64,000 bases of DNA. Origin: Alphaproteobacteria bacterium. Its GTDB lineage: Bacteria; Pseudomonadota; Alphaproteobacteria; UBA828. A model generated the notes under the pieces. The model did no database searches, was not told the origin of the DNA, and saw only the letters and a program-made list of their open reading frames with translations. Shown piece after piece: positions 43,869-53,848 of this stretch (positions are counted from its first letter, which is position 1; each line of letters begins with the position of its first letter). The position numbers and the translations under genes are program-made. The stretch is taken from the NCBI GenBank assembly GCA_965237415.1, contig CBDEFM010000001.1, positions 640,001 through 704,000 of the forward strand, in the 5' to 3' direction.

Positions 43869-45233
43869 ATGACCGTTGCACGCAACGACCAAGTCTATTT
43901 CAAAAGCCTAAGCCTCACCAACGTACGTTCATTTGGCGAGACGCAACAGCTCGATATGACCGATGCAGATGGCCGACCGGCTCAGTGGACTCTAATCCTC
44001 GGTAACAACGGCGTTGGAAAGACAACACTGCTTCAATGCCTCGCATCGATGCGGCCGGTTCCTGCAGTACCCGCTAAAGAAGACACCAATGCTCCGACCC
44101 CCGAGAGAGTTGTGCCTGCCCTTCTACAGCGTGAGAACAGCGAGCTCGTTGCATTGGCACGGGTCGGCGAGGAAGAGGTGAACTTGCACGCTGCTCTCGT
44201 TGTAGGTCAACCGTTTCGTTCAAAGGCCACGAAGGCTAAAGAGGTTGTTTTCAAGGCGAACATTCGGGTTAAGAACGGAGAGCTAAAAAACGTAAAGCAA
44301 ACTTCTGTTGACATGAAGAATGCTAGCGAGCCGCTGGTTATTGGATATGGGGCGGCGCGTCACATGCATAGCAGGGGTGCTGAGGTCTTCATGCCACATC
44401 CAGACCCAACGGCATCACTGTTTGATCCTAGCGTAGAGCTTGTAGATACAAGAGATATTCTGGAACAGCTCGACTATGCGGCGGTGAAGCGACAACCTCG
44501 CGCAAAGGGTCTTCTTTCATGCATCAAGGAGGCCTTGGCAAAGCTTCTCCCGGACGTAGAAAAGGCCTCAGCAGTTAAGTTGTATGGGCCTGCGCCGCCG
44601 GGTTCCCACAACCGAAAAGCTGGCGTCCAAGTTGTGACGCCCTATGGGGAGGTTCCTTTTGAGGCGCTAAGTTTAGGCTACCAAACGATGACGGCGTGGA
44701 CAGTCGATTTGGCCTGGCGACTTACACAACATTACCCAAATGCTGATGATGCGTTGCAAATGCCGGCGATTGTTCTCATTGATGAGCTTGATCTGCACTT
44801 GCATCCACGCTGGCAGCGGGAAATACGGGATAGCATTTCGGACGCGTTTCCGCGAATTCAATTCATTGCGACTGCGCACAGCCCGTTACTGGCACAGTCA
44901 TATTTGGACCTCAACTTAGTTGTCGTGCGACAAGAAGGCGGCCAAGCAATCATCGAAAGAGATTCAAACATTGTTAGAACTTGGCGGATTGATGAAGTAG
45001 TTACCAGCGCCCTTCACGAAGTTAACTCTGTCTATTCTCCCGAGATTGGGCGTGAACTTCGGGAACGAACCAAGCTCTTGCAAAAGCGCCGTCTAACTCC
45101 AGAGAACAAGAAGCGCTTGGACGAGCTGAATAATTTGGCAGAAAAACTCGTCCCGGCAATTGATTCGGATAACCATCGGGCCCTGGATGTTATTCGGCGG
45201 GCAGCAAGCCTCTTGGATGTGAACGAGAAGTGA
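43869..45233 (+). CDS. ABC/AAA ATPase, PtuA/Septu-like
   Basis: LTNVRSF, GNNGVGKTT, LSLGYQ, VLIDELDLHLHPRWQ, QFIATAHSP. Confidence 0.85.
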   Translation: MTVARNDQVYFKSLSLTNVRSFGETQQLDMTDADGRPAQWTLILGNNGVGKTTLLQCLASMRPVPAVPAKEDTNAPTPERVVPALLQRENSELVALARVGEEEVNLHAALVVGQPFRSKATKAKEVVFKANIRVKNGELKNVKQTSVDMKNASEPLVIGYGAARHMHSRGAEVFMPHPDPTASLFDPSVELVDTRDILEQLDYAAVKRQPRAKGLLSCIKEALAKLLPDVEKASAVKLYGPAPPGSHNRKAGVQVVTPYGEVPFEALSLGYQTMTAWTVDLAWRLTQHYPNADDALQMPAIVLIDELDLHLHPRWQREIRDSISDAFPRIQFIATAHSPLLAQSYLDLNLVVVRQEGGQAIIERDSNIVRTWRIDEVVTSALHEVNSVYSPEIGRELRERTKLLQKRRLTPENKKRLDELNNLAEKLVPAIDSDNHRALDVIRRAASLLDVNEK

Positions 45234-46015
45234 TTTTGGTCATTAAGCCGGTTGCCCCTCGCTCATTGGCTGCCGGTGTCGCAGAAACCGTCACACATTG
45301 CACTGACTTCGATGCCGACCCACAGGGTTACCGAGATGGCGCAAAATCATTTTCGTTCAAGCGCTCGATATACGGCAGTGCTCGAGTAAAGAATGTCCTC
45401 AAAGGTGCTCAGAAAGAAAAGTGTTGTTTTTGTGAGGCGCGGTTCGATGCAAATTATCAGGGGGATGTCGAGCACTACCGACCTAAAGGCGCGATTGGTT
45501 CTGGAAAGACAAAGATCAAGCCGGGATATTATTGGCTGGCTTACACTTGGAACAATCTCTATTACGCGTGCGCTGACTGCAACCAGTATCGGAAGCGTGC
45601 AGCTTTTCCACTAGTTGATGAAACCAATAGAGCACTGGATCATCATGGTGCAATAGGTGACGAAGATCCACTCATCCTGGACCCGGGTGGCCCCCGCGAT
45701 CCTCGCGATCATATTCGTTTTGTTAGGGACGTGCCGACGGGGACCACTGCTGCTGGGCGAGAAACCATTGGGCGCCTAAAACTCGACCGAGAGGCACTGT
45801 GTCGAGACCGTCGAGAGCACTTTCGTATTCTTCAAGCAATGATTGACATCATTCGCCTCAACGAATTTGACGAGCGACCAGAGGCGATGCGATGCGTGCG
45901 CGATGCACGCTCAAATTTGGTGAATTATATGGAGCCAGAGGGCAAATACTCGGCCGCCGCCCGGGACTTTCTGGCCCCTTTTCGGCAATACTGGGAGGCA
46001 AGAATTCAATTGTGA
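45230..46015 (+). CDS. HNH endonuclease, PtuB-like
   Basis: KCCFCE...DVEHYRPK...YYWLAYTWNNLYYACADCNQ; GTGA overlap with the ATPase. Confidence 0.85.
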   Translation: MILVIKPVAPRSLAAGVAETVTHCTDFDADPQGYRDGAKSFSFKRSIYGSARVKNVLKGAQKEKCCFCEARFDANYQGDVEHYRPKGAIGSGKTKIKPGYYWLAYTWNNLYYACADCNQYRKRAAFPLVDETNRALDHHGAIGDEDPLILDPGGPRDPRDHIRFVRDVPTGTTAAGRETIGRLKLDREALCRDRREHFRILQAMIDIIRLNEFDERPEAMRCVRDARSNLVNYMEPEGKYSAAARDFLAPFRQYWEARIQL

Positions 46016-46489
46016 TCCGGCACGTTCGAGTCGATGTAGCCCAATTCCTTTTCAGGTCACTTTCGCTCGTAACCCGTTCGGCCGCAATTGAAACGAAATC
46101 TGCCAATATACGGCTTTCTACGGTGCAAGCTTTCAGCCCGGTTTTCTCAAACCTTGGTCCGAGACGAGGATGGTCGGCGGGTTTTTGGGTATTGGTTTGG
46201 GATGACCGTGGGCTGCGGCCGGGTGGGGGATTTGAGGCGAGCGGAGACGGCCTCCGTTTGGCGGGTGGGTTGTGTTGCGCTGTGCCTCTTTTGTTGCTGG
46301 GACGGGTTTGGCTGGGCCGCTTACGCCGCGGCGGCGGATAGTCGGTGGTGGGCGCGTTGGAACTCGCTCCGGTTAAGGACAACCGGAAACCATCGCGAAC
46401 TTGATCCGTCGCACGCTGATGCGCACCAGGGCGGCGATCTTCAGCAGCTTGAGCCGGATGGTGCCGCAGCTTGCCCTGGCGAAGCGGGT

Positions 46490-46602
46490 ACCCTCGAAGC
46501 CATCGCCGCCGGACACCCCAACAGCCGCATCGACGAACTGCTCCCCTGGAACTTCACGCCCGCGTCAACCTGAAATCCAGGTGCCGCGCCGGCACCGCTT
46601 AC
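46490..46602 (+). mobile_element. IS66 right-end remnant
   Basis: LEAIAAGHPNSRIDELLPWNF (TnpC tail) followed by ...CCGCTTAC. Confidence 0.65.
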
Positions 46603-46606
46603 GATA

Positions 46607-46830
46607 GTTCAGCGTTCAGCGCCTTCGTCAGCGTACCGATGTGGACCGACCCGCTCTTGATGATTCAGGTCTACGACCCGGTGCTCACTCCGCGCTCGGA
46701 GGCGACACTGAGCGCCATCAGCGCTTTCCTGTTCCTGTTGATCGAGCTACTGGACCACTTTGGCGCCGGGGTGCTACCCAGTGTCGGGGCGTGCTTCCAG
46801 GCGCGTGTTGGCCCCAGAATATTCAAGCGG
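46607..46830 (+). pseudogene. Degenerate fragment of a type I secretion ABC transporter (PrtD-like)
   Basis: FSAFVS..MWTDPLLMIQVYDPVLTPRSEATL...LLD...VGACFQAR resembles the PrtD N-terminus. Confidence 0.5.
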
Positions 46831-46941
46831 AAAGACAGGATACGATGATGGCGGTACTGGATGGGATTGTCGCGACGGTAGTGGAAAAAAAGCGGGCTAC
46901 GGGTCGAGGGGTTGTCGGAGAGACTTGCTCGCTCCACATAT

Positions 46942-47790
46942 TTATGACCTAGTGCTGCTAGTGTAAGGAAAATACGGTGCCAAGAATGAAGAGGCAAGCC
47001 GATACCCTGAAGTTGTCCAATTGCGAGAGCTGATAAGACGTGCCACGCCAACCATTTCCGCTTCTATAGCGCTGACACGTGCTCTTCCGAACTCCGCACT
47101 TTGTGGCCGTTGATTTACGATGTCGGCCCAAAATGCTCGAAGATTGCCGAAGACATAAATTCCATGAACAAGTCCCTGCAAAGTTCGTCTTTCTCCTTTC
47201 CACGGGGAATGTACTAAGATCTCATCGGTATTGTTCGCTATCAGCGGCTCCACTCTCTCAACCAAGGAAAGCTGAAGGTGAAGTGCTTCGTGAACGATAC
47301 TCTCCGCTAGACGCTCCACTCTGTATTGCGCGTCCACTGGTGGGCACGAAACAAAGATAGAAAAAGGCAATGCGGGGTCGCTAAAACTAATGTCGATCTC
47401 GTGGTCGTTGCTAATCAGAGGATGCAAAGACCGACACATCTCCGTGACGGTTGCATGAATTTCCTGATTGTCTTGTATTAGAACCAGTGAATCGACCAAC
47501 GTGTGCATAAACATTTTGCCTTCCAAGTCACATGCCTTGGCAAGTTGTAGACCCACGCTCTCCCAGGGTTTAGCTAAATCACCCGACAATAGCTCCACAA
47601 TCATATTTGGGCAAGGTGACGACGGTAGCCTTTCAGATGGGCTTAGGGATTTAGGGTTGGATCCACCTAGGTGCCGAGAAGTAGAGTAATGATACCAAGG
47701 AGAACATTCACCAAGAAACTCCTGCCTCAACTTCGTCGGTGCAGATGGGTGCCAGCCGCATGGCCGAGCAATTAGGTCGTAAACTGTCAT
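46942..47790 (-). CDS. HExxH-motif peptide-modifying protein (aKG-HExxH type)
   Basis: SFSDPALPFSIFVS...LAESIVHEALHLQL...SPWK..RTLQGLVHGIYVF. Confidence 0.82.
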   Translation of the reverse strand: MTVYDLIARPCGWHPSAPTKLRQEFLGECSPWYHYSTSRHLGGSNPKSLSPSERLPSSPCPNMIVELLSGDLAKPWESVGLQLAKACDLEGKMFMHTLVDSLVLIQDNQEIHATVTEMCRSLHPLISNDHEIDISFSDPALPFSIFVSCPPVDAQYRVERLAESIVHEALHLQLSLVERVEPLIANNTDEILVHSPWKGERRTLQGLVHGIYVFGNLRAFWADIVNQRPQSAEFGRARVSAIEAEMVGVARLISSRNWTTSGYRLASSFLAPYFPYTSSTRS

Positions 47791-48365
47791 CCACTGGCGG
47801 GGTAAAAGGAATACACGATCGTAAAACGCTCTCCCGAATGCACAGTGCTAACGGCATGATAAGAGTGTGGCGAAATTAGAAATGCTTGGATTGAACCATT
47901 AAAAGGCTCGATCACCTTACTTAGGGATTCAGGCTCGGGTCCTGAAAATAGCATCAAATAGCCGCCATGTTCGGGTTTCCAACCCCTATTAAGTTGAAGT
48001 AGGAGCCGATGGCTCTCTCCTCCGGGGATGAAGTCATTGTGAATACGTATGGTTTGGCCGCAAACAAGCTTATGTGCGGTGATGTCAACAGATTCGCTCA
48101 ACGATTGACCAAATAGCTGGAATAGTTGGCGACGCAGCGACGCTAGAGCGTTGGGACAAATAAGGTGTTGCAAGAAGGGAGGTACGGAGATATGGCGAAG
48201 ACTGAATTCGTACTGCTCATAGAAGTCTGTAGTGGTTGGCGTCCAAGGGGCTTTTTCTTCCAGCCAAGTAAGACATTCAACGAAATTTGATAGCATTACC
48301 GTAGGCGCAACCAGATGTTCGAAAGGAACGCTGGCGAACTCTACATTGTCAATATCAGGAAACAC
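47787..48365 (-). CDS. yhhC: 2OG-Fe(II) oxygenase of the cyclophane RiPP cluster
   Basis: DFYEQYEFSL...IRIHND...W..EHGG.L...SYHAVS...RFTIVYSF. Confidence 0.82.
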   Translation of the reverse strand: MFPDIDNVEFASVPFEHLVAPTVMLSNFVECLTWLEEKAPWTPTTTDFYEQYEFSLRHISVPPFLQHLICPNALASLRRQLFQLFGQSLSESVDITAHKLVCGQTIRIHNDFIPGGESHRLLLQLNRGWKPEHGGYLMLFSGPEPESLSKVIEPFNGSIQAFLISPHSYHAVSTVHSGERFTIVYSFYPASG

Positions 48366-48368
48366 AGA

Positions 48369-49544
48369 TCAGCTCGGCGGTTGAAATGGCACTTGGCCAA
48401 AGTCGAATTCGCCCAGTCGATCAACAGCATGATTTATTAAGAGGGCGTGGTCCTTGCAGTAGACGGAGGGGTTGTTGTAACCGTGTTCCTCGCTCCAGCG
48501 GTACAAGGGCATTCCCCCACCGCAAAGGGGGAGAAAAGGGCAGACTTTACACTCGGTGCAGGTCGGAATCTGCATAGCGGCATAAGAAAGGTACTCGTGG
48601 GAAGAAAGAACGTCATCTAAGGTGCTATTCACTATGTTCCAACAGTGATCAAAACGGTCGGCACCTTCGTAGGAGGCGCGCAGTGTGTCGTTCTTACGAA
48701 TATCACCGTTAGTCTCAACAATCAGGATGCCATGTTGGTCTTCACCAACCCCTTCCTTCTGGTTAGAGCCCCCAAGATACAGTTTTACTAAATCATCAAA
48801 TATGCGGATTGGAACACTTGATTTGTCGGAGAGGTACAAATCGAAGAGTCGCACCAACCAGTCTCCATACTCAGTGGTAGTAAAATGTGACTTACTGGGC
48901 GGGAGCCGGTCATGGTTCCCATCTTGCAACAGGAAATCCATGCTTGGGGTATCCAGTTCCTTCAAGAAAGCGTATACAGAATCGGGTGAAATAGAAGGCT
49001 GAATCACGGACAAAGTTCCAGCAAAAAGAAAATCGTGCTCTGAATGCGAGGCCAATAGGCGTATACCTCGGAGTACGGCTGAGAATGTGCTCCGGCCACG
49101 ACGGTCAAGTCTAGCAATATCATTTGCTGCGCGGGGCCCGTCTATACTGACGGATACACTTGTCCGGGTCTCTGCAAAGAGGTCCAGAAACTTCTCCGAG
49201 AGGAGGGCTCCGTTTGTTTGAATGCTGATGGGGTGACGATCAGGGTTCATTGAGGCTCGCAGCCCGCGAAGCAGTAGTGCCAAGTCCTCAAAACCTAGTA
49301 GAAGAGGCTCGCCGCCGTGCAGGACAATGGCGAATCCTGCGCGCTGATGCGCCGCATGCGCGGCTAGCCGATCCCGGACGGCCAGCAGCGTGTCGCGGCG
49401 CATGCGTTTCGGTTGGCTGCGCCAACCTGTATCTGGTCCTTGATATATGTAGCAATAGGAGCAGTCAAAGTTGCAGCGGCTAGCGGTCTTGACGAGGACT
49501 GTGTCCACACGCTTGGAGGCGGTGACGGGGTGGCTAAAGCGCAA
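48369..49544 (-). CDS. yhhB: Cyclophane-forming radical SAM/SPASM peptide maturase
   Basis: VKTASRCNFDCSYCY, LHGGEPLL, QTNG, VSIDG, SPASM CTECKVC...CGGG...YC. Confidence 0.88.
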   Translation of the reverse strand: MRFSHPVTASKRVDTVLVKTASRCNFDCSYCYIYQGPDTGWRSQPKRMRRDTLLAVRDRLAAHAAHQRAGFAIVLHGGEPLLLGFEDLALLLRGLRASMNPDRHPISIQTNGALLSEKFLDLFAETRTSVSVSIDGPRAANDIARLDRRGRSTFSAVLRGIRLLASHSEHDFLFAGTLSVIQPSISPDSVYAFLKELDTPSMDFLLQDGNHDRLPPSKSHFTTTEYGDWLVRLFDLYLSDKSSVPIRIFDDLVKLYLGGSNQKEGVGEDQHGILIVETNGDIRKNDTLRASYEGADRFDHCWNIVNSTLDDVLSSHEYLSYAAMQIPTCTECKVCPFLPLCGGGMPLYRWSEEHGYNNPSVYCKDHALLINHAVDRLGEFDFGQVPFQPPS

Positions 49545-49549
49545 AACGG

Positions 49550-49744
49550 CTACCTACCGCCGCGATTGTGTCGGTTGTGGACGCGGTCATAGCCGGCTTT
49601 GGCGTTATGCTCGTTTCGCACCTCCTCCATTAAACGAGACAGGACGGGGTGGCGCGTCGCCAGAACGGGTCGGTCCGTGCTCGGGCGATCATCAGTCGAG
49701 GGCGGTGACGAATCCAGTGACGGTTGGGCAGCATGATTGTCCAT
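49550..49744 (-). CDS. yhhA: RiPP precursor, YhhA-type (core GYDRVHNRHNRGGR)
   Basis: 64 aa; leader HPVLSRLMEEVR; three aromatic-X-Arg motifs; GGAG RBS; 5 nt upstream of the rSAM gene. Confidence 0.85.
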   Translation of the reverse strand: MDNHAAQPSLDSSPPSTDDRPSTDRPVLATRHPVLSRLMEEVRNEHNAKAGYDRVHNRHNRGGR

Positions 49745-49949
49745 GGTTTGGGCTCCAGCTTCCTTCGTGGCGGTCCGACCGAGTACTAGAATGGCGAAGA
49801 GGCCATTGGCTAGCATGGTAGTGTAATGGCTAGGATAGATGCAAGAAGGAAAGTAAATCATTGATAAAGCGGAGTTTTTCTCTTCTCATAATCGTAACTT
49901 ATTGAAAACAAACAATTCTATTTTCTATCTTGAGGGGACGCGGGCTGAG

Positions 49950-50450
49950 CCGTCGGTCGTCGGCCACGCGCCGACGCCGCTCGACCCCGCACCGAACATG
50001 GGCGCGGCGCTCGGCATCGGTGTGTGGATCAAGCGCGAAGACTGCACCGGGCTCGCCTTGGGCGGCAACAAGGTGCGCCAGCTTGAGTTCCACTTTGGCG
50101 CGGCGCAGGCGTGCGGCGCGGATACGGTGCTGGTCACCGGTGCGGTGCAGCCGAACCTGATGCGCATCGCCGCCGCGGGTGCGCACCAGGTTCGGGATGG
50201 AGGCGCACATCCAGCTCAAGGAGCGGGTGGACGGCGCCGGCGGTCCCTACCGCACATCCGGCAACCTGTTGCTCGACCAGGTGCTGGGCGCTGCGCTGCA
50301 CCCTTTCCCCGGGGGCGGGGACGAGGCGGCGGCGGACGCGGCGATGGAACGGCGCTCGCGTCGGAGAGCTGTAAGCCCTACGTCATCCACTCCGAGCCGG
50401 GGCATCCGCCGCGCCGGCGCGTGGGACGCGAAGCTGTGCCGAACATTTAG
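49950..50450 (+). pseudogene. D-cysteine desulfhydrase/ACC deaminase family, frameshifted fragment
   Basis: PTPLD...WIKREDCTGLALGGNKVRQLEF...GNLLLDQVLGA in shifting frames. Confidence 0.8.
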
Positions 50451-50588
50451 GGGCGATTCGCGAATAGCGGGAGAAGGCGGCGCGTGACGCGACATGTCGC
50501 GTCACGATATAGATTGAATCCGGTGACTATATGATTACGGATTGAAACTGAAGGCTAATAAACACAATGGTAGTAGTGAGTTAGCACG

Positions 50589-50700
50589 TTACGAAGCACA
50601 AGAGTGCCATAGGTCATGAATCGGCACATCGGATAGCTCGGCCCGCTTCCGGATGCGACGACATGGCTGTTGAAGGTGGGTGGTATGGCTGCCCCGTCCC
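50589..50700 (-). pseudogene. Integrase C-terminal remnant
   Basis: THLQQPCRRIRKRAELSDVPIHDLWHS, similar to 55800-55890. Confidence 0.65.
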
Positions 50701-50797
50701 GGGCGCGGGACGTGCCGTCCCAGGATGCGTCGGTTGACGGTGGTCTGAGCCGGTCCTATGCCCTGTCCAGCGAACGGAAGGCCGACTGGACGGGGCG

Positions 50798-51487
50798 GTG
50801 AGCGAGCGGATCGCGCGGCTGCGCATCGAGCTGCAGGAGCTGGAGCCGAAGATCTGGCGGCGCATCGACATGCCGTTGTCGACGACGCTGGAGGCGCTGC
50901 ACGAAGCGATCCAGATGACCATGGGCTGGACCTTCTCGCACCTCTGGGAATTCGACATCGACGGCCGGTGCTACGGCGATCCATCGTTCCGCGAGTTCGA
51001 CGACGAGCCGCCGGTCTACAAGGCGAAGGCCCTGCGGCTCGGCACAGTGATCGAGCGCGGAGCGGAACGGTTCGTCTACGTCTACGACTACGGCGACAAC
51101 TGGCGCCACGACGTGATCGTCGAGGAGGTGCGTCACGGCGACCCGGAAATGGAGTACCCGGCCTTCGTGGACGGGGCCCGGCGGTGTCCGCCGGAGGATG
51201 TCGGCGGCCCTGGCGGCTTCATGGACTTTCTGGAGGCGACCCTCGATCCGGCGCGCGAGGAACACCGGGACATGGTCCGTTGGTACGGCGGGCCGTTCGA
51301 TCCGATCGACTCCGACGAGGCGAGGGCCCGTTTCGGCATGGAGAACATGGCGCGGCGACGGCGCGGCCTGCTTGCCAGCCAACCACAGGAGCGGCTCGCG
51401 GCGTCCGAAACGATGAGGGCGACGTCTCGGGTGGCAGGGCGGATCGACGCGGGCGTTTTCGGTCCGGAATCGCCAGGCGACGCCTAA
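50798..51487 (+). CDS. Plasmid pRiA4b ORF-3-family protein
   Basis: LRIELQELEPKIWRRI...LHEAIQ..MGW..SHLWEF...YVYDYGDNWRH...CPPEDVGG. Confidence 0.88.
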   Translation: MSERIARLRIELQELEPKIWRRIDMPLSTTLEALHEAIQMTMGWTFSHLWEFDIDGRCYGDPSFREFDDEPPVYKAKALRLGTVIERGAERFVYVYDYGDNWRHDVIVEEVRHGDPEMEYPAFVDGARRCPPEDVGGPGGFMDFLEATLDPAREEHRDMVRWYGGPFDPIDSDEARARFGMENMARRRRGLLASQPQERLAASETMRATSRVAGRIDAGVFGPESPGDA

Positions 51488-51979
51488 GGCACTCTAGGAC
51501 AGTCTGCACTTTGAAAAAATCTGAATGCGGTTTGATGACGAAACTTGAGATATCAATAGGGATTATATTTTTTCTTGTTTGATTACAATAGATTAGTGGA
51601 TTTGTCATGAAGCATGTACTGTTTACGGTGGCGGGATTATGCGCCAGAGCGGCGGCGAGAAATTCACCATTGAATCGACGCTGTACGAAACGCCGCCATG
51701 GTACAACTACTGGATGGGGCTCTTTGCAGCCAATCACCAAGAATGGAGACAGATGGGGTTTCAGGCTATAATCCCGAAGCGGATTGCCATTTTGGCGGAA
51801 CTCGCAGAAGTCTTGCTTAAGGGTTCGATCCTCGATCAGGTAAAGTACGAATTGACGAAGGTGACTGCTGAAGGCCGCGATTTCAATTTGTGTCCGTCAC
51901 ACGATGGCTGGTACCTGATTGGTTGAACCCGACCAATTGTGTTCGGAAAGGCAGGATCGGCTCATATGGAACACGCCGT

Positions 51980-52375
51980 CTAGCTCCATCTCTCCCAAAC
52001 ACGGTCGTACCACCTGCCTTCCGATTTCGAAATCGGCAGGTGCCACATGATCGCATTCCGAACAATTGAGTAATGGCTTCTGCATGGGAACTTGACCCCG
52101 ATCGAAGGCCGCAGGGTTAGATACTCACCATCGTAGGTCAAGCTTCGAGTCTCAGGGTCCAGCGTCACGTCGACCAAACGACCACACCCGCATGGACATA
52201 GATGGGAAAGGGTGGCGAACCTCATGCTGACGTAAAGTGTGCCATTTTCCATTTCGGGTAAGTGCGGGATTGTCTCAACAAACAATGGTTTTAGTACTAT
52301 TGATTCTCGGTTCCTCACATCATAGTTTGGATAAGAATTGCGACTCTCCCGCTTTCCCCATTTCCAAAATCGCAC
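51980..52375 (-). CDS. DUF6527-family protein
   Basis: FVETIP...GTLYVSMRFATLSHLCPCGCG...LTLRPSIG...CRSHY.I. Confidence 0.82.
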   Translation of the reverse strand: MRFWKWGKRESRNSYPNYDVRNRESIVLKPLFVETIPHLPEMENGTLYVSMRFATLSHLCPCGCGRLVDVTLDPETRSLTYDGEYLTLRPSIGVKFPCRSHYSIVRNAIMWHLPISKSEGRWYDRVWERWS

Positions 52376-52376
52376 T

Positions 52377-53513
52377 TTACACCCCCCTCGGTATGAGAGA
52401 TTGTTCACTAGCACTGTAGTGTAGGCACTCTTCTCTTTGTTCCTGCCAGAATTGACCGCGCATCTTTCTCCAAGACTGAATTGCCCAGCCAGCAGCCATT
52501 GAGTAGACGTCGGGCAAGTCAAGGCTTCCATAGTCGTCCTGTCCCGCCTGGCCAACTTGAGGGATAGCATCCCTCCAAGAGGACACACCGACGTGGGCGG
52601 TTACTATCCGTAAGGAAACCTTGACTCGCCTGTCTATACGCACTGGTGAGAGTCCTACGACGACGAACGGAATTCCAGCGTTGGCCAGCGTGTCACACAC
52701 CATCATCCGGTCGTCAGCGTCGTCCACGGCCACGAAAGTGAAAGTGGACTTTTCAATGACCTCCTGCACGTTTTCAGGGCGCACCCTTACATTGTGGCCA
52801 TGTACGTCCGTATGGATGAGGGAGTAAGCCTCCTGGAACCAGTGGGCCTTCGGCCTACCGATCCAGACGTTCGGATCGAGGCCACCGGGCATGCGAAGTA
52901 TGTTCTTGGGTTCAATGCAGTCGTAGTCCCATCCATGAACCTCTCGAGGGTCGGCCTTGACAACAAAATCTGCTATCCATGCGCCGACACCACCGAGGCC
53001 GACAATCGCCACACGCTCTTGAGCTACCAGACGCCTCCACTCCCTTGCTTCTGGCAGTTGGTCACCAAGCACATCGAACGTATAGGGACGAGGAGCTGGT
53101 TCCTCCCTTGACGCAGATTGGCCAAGGAACAGCGCATATATCTGCTTGACATAATTGTTTAGTGCTTCCCAAGCATCCTCATACTCGCGGCCTTTCAGCT
53201 TGATCGAAAGAACAAGGCTGGAATGAGCCCGTCCAATCACGCCGTTGGTCAACTCATTGCCGGACCGGTCGTACAATCGTCCATCGGAGAGACCTCGTAT
53301 ATTGGCCGTGTGCAAAGCACCTTGTTGCCAGTCGTGGCTTGCTTTGAGTTCGTCCGTGTTTGATGCGGTGCCTACGCAGATGTGACACTTGCCTGCGATA
53401 TTCGGCGCGACAAAACAAGGCACGCCCAATGCACTTATTTCCAAGTCTCGACGCTCAATTGTCCACCCACGTCGCTCCGCTTCACGGCGAGCCAGTGATT
53501 CATGCTCAGACAC
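52377..53513 (-). CDS. ThiF/E1-like adenylyltransferase with N-terminal DUF6791-like domain
   Basis: VAIVGLGGVG, DYDCIEPKNILRMPG, FTFVAVDD, WRKMRG; roughly 150-aa N-terminal domain. Confidence 0.85.
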   Translation of the reverse strand: MSEHESLARREAERRGWTIERRDLEISALGVPCFVAPNIAGKCHICVGTASNTDELKASHDWQQGALHTANIRGLSDGRLYDRSGNELTNGVIGRAHSSLVLSIKLKGREYEDAWEALNNYVKQIYALFLGQSASREEPAPRPYTFDVLGDQLPEAREWRRLVAQERVAIVGLGGVGAWIADFVVKADPREVHGWDYDCIEPKNILRMPGGLDPNVWIGRPKAHWFQEAYSLIHTDVHGHNVRVRPENVQEVIEKSTFTFVAVDDADDRMMVCDTLANAGIPFVVVGLSPVRIDRRVKVSLRIVTAHVGVSSWRDAIPQVGQAGQDDYGSLDLPDVYSMAAGWAIQSWRKMRGQFWQEQREECLHYSASEQSLIPRGV

Positions 53514-53522
53514 GCACTTCCC

Positions 53523-53828
53523 CTAGGCCAGATATGAGTCGTCAATCTTGAACGACAGTTCATCAACCACGGCCATTGGTTCATCCGATGGATAGAAAAT
53601 TCCCTTTGTTCCATCTTTCGCCGTCCAGTTGATCCCCGGAAGATCACCTATGACGTGTCGATCCGGATCGAGTTTGTTCCACTGTTCGACCACTTGCGCA
53701 AAGCTAATTGTCGGCTTGTCCCACAGCACCGAGCGAGCATTGATGTAAATTGTGAACTCCTTGATGATGTCCGTTGGTTCGATTTCGATGGGGATGGGTC
53801 CATCGCCGTTACCAGGTTCTTGCACCAT
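53523..53828 (-). CDS. Ubiquitin-like (multi-ubiquitin family) protein
   Basis: FTIYINARSVLWDKPTISFAQVV...INW...G...P...VVDELSFKI, a beta-grasp pattern; GAGGAGG RBS; 9 nt from the E1 gene. Confidence 0.75.
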   Translation of the reverse strand: MVQEPGNGDGPIPIEIEPTDIIKEFTIYINARSVLWDKPTISFAQVVEQWNKLDPDRHVIGDLPGINWTAKDGTKGIFYPSDEPMAVVDELSFKIDDSYLA

Positions 53829-53848
53829 GTTGCATTCCTCCTCGTTGT

